The notes under the pieces were generated by a model, which saw nothing but the letters and a program-made list of their open reading frames with translations, had not been told where the DNA came from and searched no databases. Shown here piece after piece: positions 1 through 7,941 of a DNA stretch of 10,018 nt (the first letter of the stretch is position 1; each line of letters begins with the position of its first letter). The DNA is from Neoechinorhynchus agilis (lineage: Eukaryota; Animalia; Acanthocephala): NCBI GenBank assembly GCA_051530055.1, contig JBMGUZ010000083.1:1-10018 (forward strand), written 5' to 3'. The translations under genes were made by a program, and so were the position numbers.

Positions 1-1060
1 GATCAGTTTCAGCGCTTATAACTAATTTACTTTTTTTATTTTCCACGTCAAATTGAAATAACTGGTTGTTTAAGACGATCCAACATTTCGTAGTACAATA
101 CCTTGCGGATACTAGACGCGTTGAATAGAGTTTATCGTCTTTAAGACGATACTCATCGAATGAACTGATCATCTGTGGATTATCGGAATCGGCATTTTTT
201 ATGAAGAGCAAGTGTCCTTCAGCTGAAATTGAGATCAATTGAGCGCAACAAAACACAGTGGACATTGATGTGATCGCTGTTGAGTGACCCTTAATCCACA
301 CGAAGTGTAATTCACATTTAGACGAGAAAAAGTACCTCAATACGATGCACAATACGAGATTCATTGTCTGTGTTAGAAACTATATTCAATCTACCACTTA
401 ACGAAACCGACACTATTAGATTTGCTAGTAACGAAATACATCCCACTTGTTGATCCTCTCGTCCAATTCCAATCGTTAATTTACTAAACCAATTTTTGGG
501 TCCGTAACAAAATCCAATCACAAGACCGACCTTTTCAAATTATCCGTCTCCCACACTCTCAATGTTCCCATACCGTCTACACTGCAAAAACTCATTGGGC
601 CCAACCAACAGAGACCAAGTATACTAGAACTTTTATCGGGATGTTTAAGAGTCCATACGGGATCCGAAGTTTGTCCTTCGATCACTGATACCTTTTGTTT
701 TAAAAACAAAACCATTAATTTCAATATAAAGAAGAAAAATACCAGTCCACTCGATCCAACGAATGCAAGATATTGCCCGTCTTCACTATATCGAACCACA
801 TTCACGAATCCACAATTGGTCTACTCAGTTGTAAAGGTTGACGGGTGTGTTCAATTTGCTTTAAAAAAACGAATCTTACGTTTATCCGCTTTGAAAGCTT
901 AAATGGAGGACCCTCAAACACACAAACAAGGCCATCTTCACTCCCAGTCGCAATACGAAATGGTCGTATCGGTCGAAACGATACACTATTTATGGTTCGA
1001 CTCATTCCCATTATCTCACCAATCGATGATCCCGTCGATACATTGAACAAGTGCCCGAAT
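1..1060 (-). CDS. WDR1: WD40-repeat actin-interacting protein 1 (WDR1/AIP1 family), partial and multi-exon. Exons: 1060-880 (5' boundary could also be 1078 or 1083), 820-743, 691-531, 483-336 and 289-1 (open to the window edge).
   Basis: Spliced translation RFGHLFNVSTGSSIGEIMGMSRTINSVSFRPIRPFRIATGSEDGLVCVFEGPPFKLSKRIN|TNCGFVNVVRYSEDGQYLAFVGSSGL|VSVIEGQT...VWETDNLKS|KLTIGIGREDQQVGCISLLANLIVSVSLSGRLNIV...HRIE|GHSTAITSM matches the AIP1/WDR1 signature blocks (RFGxxF, RPFRIxTGSED...FEGPPFK, FVNxVRYSxDG, DQQxGC...SVSLSG, GH). Four GT-AG introns restore the frame and the expected motif spacing. Confidence 0.9.
290..335 (-). other. Spliceosomal intron (46 nt, phase 0)
   Basis: GTACTT...ATTAAG. Removal gives HRIE-GHST, the GH dipeptide of the next WD40 repeat. 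Confidence 0.85.
484..530 (-). other. Spliceosomal intron (47 nt, phase 2)
   Basis: GTCGGT...GTTTAG. It joins ORF-track fragments 518..805 and 318..521 into one frame. Confidence 0.85.
692..742 (-). other. Spliceosomal intron (51 nt, phase 0; in frame and stop-free)
   Basis: GTATTT...CAAAAG. The ORF track reads through it as the non-homologous insert VFFFFILKLMVLFLKQK. Confidence 0.8.
821..879 (-). other. Spliceosomal intron (59 nt, phase 0) of the WDR1-like gene
   Basis: GTAAGA...GAGTAG. Removal gives PFK-LSKRINTNCG-FVN, the same 10-residue spacing as AIP1 orthologs. Confidence 0.85.
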
Positions 1061-2131
1061 CTGAATTTACGTTTAATGCTTTTCTGAGACAAAAAACACG
1101 AAAAAAGGATACATTTTTATCAGAATGACTTTTTTGTCACTAAAAAAATCAGTAATAGTTGATCATTTTGAAAAAGTGGTGTGCAAAATCTAATCGGAAA
1201 GGCATGTGAGGAAATTTTAGGAATATTTCTTCTATTATTTAAATTTCTATTACTGCCCGAATCTGAATTTACGTTTAATCCTTTTGTGAGACAAAAAACA
1301 CGAAAAAAAAGATACATTTTTATCAGAATAACTTTTTTGTCACTAGAAAAATCTGTAATAGATGATCATTTTGAAAAAGTGGTGTGCAAAATCTAATCGG
1401 AAAGGCATGTGAGGAAATTTTAGGAATATTTCTTCTATTATTTAAATTTCTATTACTGCCCGAATCTGAATTTTCGTTGAATCCTTTTGTGAGACAAAAA
1501 ACACGAAAAATAAAGAAACAATTTTATCAGAATGACTTTTTTGATACTAAATAAATCTGTAATAGTTGATCATTTTAAAAAAAGTGGTGTCCAAAATCTA
1601 ATCGGAAAGGCATGTGAGGAAATTTTAGGAATATTTCTTTTATTATTTAAATTTCTATTACTGCCCGAATCTGAATTTACGTTTAACCCTTTTGTGAGAC
1701 AAAAAAAAACACGAAAAAAAGATACATTTTTATCAGAATGACTTTTTTGTCACTAAAAAAATCAGTAATAGTCGATCATTTTGAAAAAGTGGTGTGCAAA
1801 ATCTAATCGGAAAGGTATGTGAGGAAATTTTAGGAATATTTCTTCTATTATTTATATTTGTATTACTGCCCGAATCTGAATATACGTTTAATCCTTTTGT
1901 GAGACAAAAAACACGAAAAAAAAGATACATTTTATCAGAATGACTTTTTTGTCACTAAAAAAATCTGTAATAGTTGATCATTTTGAAAAAGTGGTGTGCA
2001 AAATCTAATCGGAAAGGCATGTGAGGAAATTTTAGGAATATTTCTTTCATTATTTAAATTTCTATTACTGCTCGAATCTGAATTTACGTTTAATCCTTTT
2101 GTGAGACAAAAAAAAACACGAACAAAAGATA
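1052..2131. repeat. Tandem repeat, unit 202-205 bp, five full copies plus a 63-bp partial copy
   Basis: The motif TGC(C/T)CGAATCTGAA recurs at 1052, 1254, 1457, 1662, 1867 and 2069. Copies differ by homopolymer lengths and a few substitutions. The array ends at ...AACAAAAGATA (2131). Confidence 0.97.
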
Positions 2132-2854
2132 ATGAAGGATGTTCGTCTCAAAATTGAAACGAGAATAACTCGAGAACCATGATAGCTATCCCGAAAATGA
2201 AATTAGGAACAAAATATTTGGCGTTAAAGGCGAAAACGTTCCTTCTTCTACAAATACGATAATGTGTTTATTCAAATATTGATACCAAAACATCAACATT
2301 TTGCTTTGATCGAATATTTAAAGTCACTCTTTTTAATCCAAACTTAGAAAGACATTGTACAAAAAATGAAGTTTTTTTAATAATTTAAGAGACAATCTAT
2401 TACCCAATTTGTAAAAAGTCGAATATTTCAAGAATACAATAAAAAAATTATTTTTGCATCTCGCAATCACACTTAAATGCGATCGTTCTTTGAAATTTAA
2501 AATCAGTTGCTTTATTTTTTAAATAGGATAGGACTTGGCGGCTTCATTTTATTGCTGCCTAGTTTCCTTTAGGCCGCTAGAGGGAGAATTATAATTGGGA
2601 AGAAAACTTTGCCGTCCGTGTCGTCCTCGAAGTAAAAGGATTTTGAGCTAAGTGTATCCCTCAGGCGGGCAAGAATATCGTTAAGAAAATTGAGGAAAGA
2701 CATATAACTCAGCAGAAACTACAGGTTGATATTGTCATAGGCCGCTGAGAAATCTGAAGATACTAGGCATTTGCATGGGTTGAGGGAAAGAGCGGAATAG
2801 ATATCCCTAACGGCCGAAATGACCGACCTACCCTCGAAGAAACCATGACAGTTT

Positions 2855-3054
2855 GAGGATGTGAACGTGGGGAAAAAATTATATATCCAAGATGACTTTT
2901 ATTGAAATATTTCGTCCAATCACGCTGGACTTCTTCAGTCAATTATTGCTTGTAGGTTTTTAAATATGTGAGTTCGGACGAAATATTTCAATAAAAGTCA
3001 TCTTGGATATATAATTTTTTCCCCACGTTCACATACTCATGGATTTTATCCTTA
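2855..3054. mobile_element. 200-bp foldback/MITE-like non-autonomous insertion with 63-bp inverted repeats and a 7-bp target-site duplication
   Basis: Arms 2855-2917 and 2976-3038 are reverse complements with one mismatch, around a 58-bp spacer. ACAGTTT is duplicated at 2848-2854 and 3055-3061. Removing the insert and one TSD copy restores the RT motif NC-HGF. Confidence 0.9.
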
Positions 3055-4570
3055 ACAGTTTCAGGAGATTATGTCCTTCTCCACACAAAATTCCATGAGG
3101 TAGTCAGCGAGTGCCTTCTCATATAACGATACCAGAGAATTTTGTATTGAGATAGGCCTCGGGTCAGATGGGGAAGTAACTGTATGTTTTTTGCCTTTAA
3201 CCAGGAGTGTTAATTTTTTCCCACTCGTCCCTAGATGCCATTAGAATGCAGGAAATAATTGCTGGTTTTATTGATTGATCAATAAATTTAAGGCATTTCG
3301 AGGGCGCCGAGAAATTATTCGTACACATCTTGACGGATTTATCCCAAGCCCTTAGCAAATCATTCGAAGTCAAGTCTCCATTATTTAGGGATCGCAGCAG
3401 AGGCAACTTCAGCCAGTTACCATTAGGCACTAAGCCAGCACCAAACGATAATTTCTCAATAATCTCATTAACCACTGATTTGTCAGAGGTGTCCCGAATC
3501 CAACGAGCCGCTCTGACTCTCCACCTAACGTATTTGGAGTTTTTTAGAATGCACCAGAAAGATTTAGTGGAAGATGAAAGACGCTTAATGATCCGCTGAT
3601 GAACGGCTAAATGAAGCCCATAATTGCAAGCCCACCATTTTCGCGTCTAATTACGACTTAGACGTGTCGTCCTGTAAAAGAATAGCTTTCTTTGCTTGAG
3701 CCGCACAATATCGCAAATAATTCAAAATTACCCTACCAGTCACAGAATAATTAGGCACTGATAAAAATATATTGGACATTTTAGAAATTAGATGATTCCA
3801 CGCCGGAAGGGTACTATAATTCGGCATTGTACGCTTGATTGCGAAATTGAAGAAGGTTACATTAAGGAGAGAGAAGCGATATTTTCGGGATAATGACAGG
3901 TCCTCCGTAATATTCCATGTCGACATATCATGGAAGCAAATTTCCGCAATCGAAGTCTGTTTGGCGAGGGATATTGTCACGCGTCGATCCAATCGGGCGA
4001 AACAACCATCAAAGAAGAAATGAGAATTGTTATGGAGCCTGTCAAAAGTAGGTTGAATAGGACAGATGAATTCGTGTGTGCCATCACGATTGGCCACAGC
4101 CAGGGTCCATTTTCTGGACAGATCATTAAAATCCCCGAACAAGGGAACGTTCCCAATGCCAAGAATGTGTTGAAGAATGTCCTTGGTTGTGGATTTATGG
4201 ATTAAATTAGGGCGAACATACATATTTCCTATTAAAAGTTTCCTCCTGCTTTTCCTTTCATCTCGAATAGAGCGAAGGATAAGTTCTCATTTACATAACT
4301 TTGAACAAGAGAGACGCATAACTCTTTCTTGAATAGAGACAATAGGCCAGAGGAATGAGGGTTTAACGGAGAAGGGAAAACGTCGTATTTCATCAAAACT
4401 GAAGTAGGTAATAAATTATTAAATTCGAAGGCTGCTTTCTTTACTTCTTGGAGGCAAATAAAATCCCGGTTAATGTGATTGAAAAAATTAAGTCTATTAA
4501 GAGCCGCGGCTCCACCGGAGTTCCACTGAAGGCAGTGAAGATTTAGGGGTGCTGGAGAGGTCCCACTGGG

Positions 4571-4576
4571 CATCAT
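4571..4576 (-). promoter_or_regulatory. Overlapping stop/start ATGATG joining ORF1 and ORF2 of element B
   Basis: ORF1-frame TGA at 4575-4573 overlaps ATGs at 4576-4574 and 4573-4571, both in the APE frame. Confidence 0.7.
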
Positions 4577-5436
4577 TCGATGGAGATGGGCTCCATGAGT
4601 GCATCAGAATCGCTAGTAATGATTCTACTGGCTGAGACATCATTAGCAGCACTGCGTGGAGCTTTCTTGTTCACTTTGTCACGGGCCTTTGACAAACCCC
4701 GCTTACCTTTAGGTTTGTCCGGGTTGCAATCCGAGACTGAAGCGAACTGGTTGGGCGTTGCTGGTTATATCAAGATGTTCAGCTAGTTGGTTCTGCATAT
4801 TATTGAAGAGCATTGTTATTCGGTGCGACACTTCCTCCAATACTTTCTCAAAGATTCTCTGGCATATTATATTCTCATTCAAGATGCTTCGGCCGTTATC
4901 AGCAGCGGCCTTAGGAGTCTCCTGGACCACGGTTTTAGATACCATCGTAGGAATCTAGTTTTCCACAATTTCCGCACTTGACAATCTTGTTGTTGCAGAC
5001 TGGCATATGATAGAGTTCTGAGCAGAAGCAGCATTTTTGAATTTTGCTGGCTTTGTTCGTCTTAAAATAACAGTCGAAATGAATTTATTACAACTCAAAA
5101 TTTTAATTTTTGCTGCACCTGTAGCCAATAGTGTTTTCCGTCATTGTAATATTTGACAAATGACGAATAGTCGTCCATATATTCTTTATTAACAAAGACC
5201 ATTTTTAGGGTTCCGTTCCAGAGGTTGACTTTATTCTAACAATATTATCTTCCTTCTTCGTATCAAGCCATGGTTTGAGGAATCCCGACCAAGTAGATTC
5301 CTTTGTTGATACTTATATCGTCGTCATCTTGCAGACATAATTTTGTTTTTTAATCGACAGATCAATGTAACGGTTGAGGATTTGCATCCTCGACAATGTC
5401 TATTTGAAGCTTTTTGGGTGGCCGTATGCCTCCCTC
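4573..5436 (-). pseudogene. Element B ORF1 (gag-like nucleic-acid-binding protein) remnant
   Basis: Pieces match element A ORF1: EGGIRPPKKLQI, IYLVGIPQ, PWLDT...QVQQKLKF, knuckle-like CCFCSELYHMPVC and CGNCG, and IFEKVLEEVSHRITMLFNNMQ (A: LLECCLEEVCNNMFTTMQ). Ends in TGA at 4575-4573. Confidence 0.75.
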
Positions 5437-5553
5437 CACCCCGCAACACTAGGTGGTTGCGATAACATTCTGAACCCTTTTGCCCCTCCCTAAAAAAAGA
5501 GAATTTATTCAGCATATCGAGTATAAGTCAGTGCGATGGACAATGAGTATAAA

Positions 5554-6828
5554 TTAGGAATATGAGTAAGATGTCCAACGATTGCACCGTTGCAGGCAAA
5601 GATCCTTCAGGAACCCAGCCCAGGATTTTGGTAGCAAATCAATGTGCCTCTTGTGTTCGGGAGGGCGACCTCTTGAGAAAAACACTAGGCTGGAAATGGC
5701 CCACGACTTCCAGATAGTACGAACGTGATGAAAGTCAAGTCCCAATTTGTAAGCGCGAGTGGCTTTTGATTTAGCTATTTTGAGAAGTTTCTTCAATTTT
5801 GAAATGCCAGTCCTGGGGGATAAGTTGAATGTAAGAGTGTGACCGAGAATACGCAGTTTACTGGGCATAAAATTCTCGACAGGTGAGGATGAAGAATTAT
5901 TGGAAAGGAGTGAGGAGAAGAAAAGTTTTAGATCTTTGCGTAAACAACTTGAACGGGTTTTGAAGATCAGTTTTGTTTTTGAAAAATTGAGAGAGAGGTT
6001 CATGCGAGGTAGCATGGTGTTAAGATAGTCTATAGACTGTTTAATTAAAAGTTTTAAACTGGTGATCCTGTGAGATTTCAGCACAAATGTGAAATCATCA
6101 GCATAGCAGATCAAGTTAGCGTTATAAGAGAAGTTTTGTACAAGATATTGAGAGGCCAAGAGGAATAAGATAGTAGAGAGAGGTGATCCCTGTGGGACAC
6201 CATTAAGAGGGTAATATAAGGTTTTTGTAGCGTCATCGTCAAAAAAGAAGGCCTTTGAGAACAGTGTATTGTGAATCCTGGCAATAAGATTATGTGGAAC
6301 ACTGAAAAATTCTAACATCTCGATAATAAAGCCCAGCGAGATTTTGTCAAAAGCCTGAGACAGGTCCACTGCTAAAATAGCACGTAGAGGGAAGGCATCG
6401 TCCCCGAAATTCGAGTAAATGTCAGCCAGCGCTGAGTGAACAGATTTGCCTTTTAAAAAACCATGACAATTACTGGAGATGCAGTTGTGTTCCCCGATAA
6501 AAAGATTTAGTTTATGCGCTAGAGCCCGTTCATAGATGGTGACCAGGGGATTTTGCAGGGAGATCGGCCGAAGGTCGTTGGGAGCCTTAACTAACTTCCT
6601 CCCATTCTTAACTAAAAATATGCGCCTCGAAATGTTGATATCTCTCCAGGCATAAGGGGAGCACTTCAACATCAGATTCGCTATGAGGAGGGCACTCTCC
6701 CGAGAAAACAGGGATAGGCATTTTGTCCCTGAGGTGCTATTGGATGAGGACAATTTTGGATTAAGGGACCAAACTTTGACAATATCAGATTGATTTAAAT
6801 CAGATCGATTAGGAATTAGCCATGAAAG
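5554..6828 (-). CDS. Element A ORF2, reverse transcriptase domain (frame open from 6828; ORF track start 6753)
   Basis: LRPISLQN, CHGFLKGKS, VDLSQAFDKI, GVPQGSPLSTILF, YADD, SKTKLI and RILG are non-LTR RT motifs in canonical order. Confidence 0.97.
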   Translation of the reverse strand, partial: LSWLIPNRSDLNQSDIVKVWSLNPKLSSSNSTSGTKCLSLFSRESALLIANLMLKCSPYAWRDINISRRIFLVKNGRKLVKAPNDLRPISLQNPLVTIYERALAHKLNLFIGEHNCISSNCHGFLKGKSVHSALADIYSNFGDDAFPLRAILAVDLSQAFDKISLGFIIEMLEFFSVPHNLIARIHNTLFSKAFFFDDDATKTLYYPLNGVPQGSPLSTILFLLASQYLVQNFSYNANLICYADDFTFVLKSHRITSLKLLIKQSIDYLNTMLPRMNLSLNFSKTKLIFKTRSSCLRKDLKLFFSSLLSNNSSSSPVENFMPSKLRILGHTLTFNLSPRTGISKLKKLLKIAKSKATRAYKLGLDFHHVRTIWKSWAISSLVFFSRGRPPEHKRHIDLLPKSWAGFLKDLCLQRCNRWTSYSYS

Positions 6829-7271
6829 TCAAAGATAGACGAGAGAATATGATCCATAGAGGATGCTTTTAACCATGAGGTGAGTTTCGACCTCCAACTG
6901 ATAAACCTCTTCTTCCCAGAGACCATATTCCACCAGGACGATGAGAATGGTTGTAAGGATTTTAGGGTAGCGCGGTCGGAAACCAATTGTTGTCGACATC
7001 GAGCAGCCCAGTAATGACTAAAGAGCACTTTGACAAGAAGAATATCTCCACGAATTTTGGCTTGGTATAATTGACGCCCAATAAAACGGAAGGATCTTCT
7101 TTCATAAGGTCTAGAAAAAGTTCTTTGTGGTTGATAGAGGAACAGATTAGCGGTGGTATTGATAAAACTGTTAATTTGAGGTAGGGAATAATTTAGAGAA
7201 TTAGTTAAAACCGAACAAGATAGAAGTGAATAGCTAATCGCTCTGAAAAAAGCGATGTTCAGAGGAGACAA
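6816..7271 (-). CDS. Element A ORF2, linker between endonuclease and RT (frameshifted fragment)
   Basis: Lies between APE and RT. SWWNMVSGKKRFISWRSKLTSW aligns with element B SFWCILKNSKYVRWRVRAARW. Confidence 0.75.
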   Translation of the reverse strand: MSPLNIAFFRAISYSLLSCSVLTNSLNYSLPQINSFINTTANLFLYQPQRTFSRPYERRSFRFIGRQLYQAKIRGDILLVKVLFSHYWAARCRQQLVSDRATLKSLQPFSSSWWNMVSGKKRFISWRSKLTSWLKASSMDHILSSIFDFHG

Positions 7272-7939
7272 ATGAAGGACTCTCCTGAGTGTATTATTGG
7301 AGCATCATGACCCGTTAGGTGGAAGCGAGACAATTGACGATCTACTTGAACTAGCAGATTTAAGCATTTCCTGTGAATGATAAGATCCAGGAAGGAATGG
7401 GTGTTATTTTTAGTTAGAATATGAAAGGATGGGGTGAGAGGAGCGGAGAGTTCGTATTGAGGTTTAGCGGAGTTAACTATGGCTTTGGACCATTTCATTG
7501 AGGGATCGTTAAAATCACCAACAATGAAGTCAATATTGGCATGAAGAAGGCATTTAATGACATTCTTAACGGCCGGACGATGAATAAAACCGGGTCGTAT
7601 GTACAGATTGACAATAGTGAAAGGCCGGCGAGTGAAATAAAATTTAAAGATAGAGTAGGATAGCTCATTTGTCGTGAAGGAAGATGATAAGGAGGGATTG
7701 AGAGAGGATTTGAAGACAGAAATTAGCCCTTGAGACGAATGTTCGAATGGATCAGAGATAAAGGAATTGTATTCAGGAGAATCAAGCTGCGGTAGGAGAT
7801 TAAAAAGTTGAGAGGTATTAAAAATACTCTTGCTTTCTTGTAAAAGTAACATGGAAGCTCCCGATATGAGACTTAATTTTCGGAAGATTGACCGTCCCCC
7901 CCCACAGTTCCACTGCAACAGGCGCAAGTTCTCTACCAT
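7259..7939 (-). CDS. Element A ORF2, APE-like endonuclease domain
   Basis: LLQWNCGG, LLLQESK, QGLISV, NLYIRP, GDFND, FLDLI and the terminal GHDAPI. Confidence 0.93.
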   Translation of the reverse strand: MVENLRLLQWNCGGGRSIFRKLSLISGASMLLLQESKSIFNTSQLFNLLPQLDSPEYNSFISDPFEHSSQGLISVFKSSLNPSLSSSFTTNELSYSIFKFYFTRRPFTIVNLYIRPGFIHRPAVKNVIKCLLHANIDFIVGDFNDPSMKWSKAIVNSAKPQYELSAPLTPSFHILTKNNTHSFLDLIIHRKCLNLLVQVDRQLSRFHLTGHDAPIIHSGESFICLL

Positions 7940-7941
7940 TA
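7937..7941 (-). promoter_or_regulatory. Overlapping stop/start TAATG joining ORF1 and ORF2 of element A
   Basis: ORF1 TAA at 7941-7939 shares its last A with the ORF2 ATG at 7939-7937. Confidence 0.8.

Larger units (their letters stand above)
2593..4576 (-). pseudogene. Element B ORF2 (APE endonuclease plus N-terminal half of the reverse transcriptase), disrupted
   Basis: Fragments 4232..4576, 3651..4223, ~3600-3197, ~3200-3055 and 2847-2593. TGA at 3063-3061, TAG near 2720. Homology to element A RT stops at KVFFPI, just before the expected NGVPQGS. Confidence 0.9.
2593..5470 (-). mobile_element. Degenerate non-LTR retrotransposon, element B (ORF1 remnant, APE and truncated RT); boundaries approximate
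   Basis: Collinear homology to element A: ORF1 (PWLDTKKEDNIVRI; KCCFCSELYHMPVC; KCGNCGK), APE (LQWNSGG, CLQEVK, NMYVRP, GDFND), linker (SFWCILKNSKYVRWR) and RT (PRPISIQNSLVSLYEKAL, NCHGF, DFSAAYDNI). It carries nonsense codons, frameshifts in both directions and an insertion. Confidence 0.92.

Noticed and set aside
62-101. Possible fifth intron GTATTG...ACCAG in the WDR1-like gene
   Set aside because: Removing these 40 nt shifts the frame into a stop, whereas the unspliced frame 289-1 is open to the window edge.
1120-1930. ORFs within the repeat (1181..1396, 1532..1741, 1120..1317, 1733..1930), some with a hydrophobic, signal-like stretch
   Set aside because: Every frame has stops within a unit, unit length varies by non-multiples of 3, several starts are non-ATG, and the hydrophobicity follows from T-richness.
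1052-2131. CRISPR array
   Set aside because: Whole ~203-bp units are repeated with no unique spacers, there are no cas genes, and the context is eukaryotic.
2181-2190. Perfect 10-bp palindrome GATAGCTATC
   Set aside because: Expected by chance in 10 kb and has no supporting context.
2158-2260. SYHGSRVILV and GTFSPLTPNILF as upstream WDR1 exons
   Set aside because: Only faint resemblance to WD40 motifs, the conserved GxG is missing, and no splice combination gives a convincing join. Not annotated.
2523-2533. TAGGATAGGA as a telomere-like repeat
   Set aside because: Only two copies and not a canonical telomeric unit.
3330-4205. Plus-strand ORFs 3330..3599, 3835..4023 and 3930..4205 (also 845..1087, 4580..4786, 4758..4958, 4787..4981, 8559..8807, 9295..9519)
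   Set aside because: Antisense shadows of recognisable minus-strand coding sequence, with no motifs of their own.
5376-5500. HDV-like self-cleaving ribozyme at the element 5' ends (also 9424-9540)
   Set aside because: Such ribozymes are known in LINE 5' UTRs, but I could not build the P1/P2/P3/P1.1/P4 nested pseudoknot or find the L3 and J4/2 consensus by eye.
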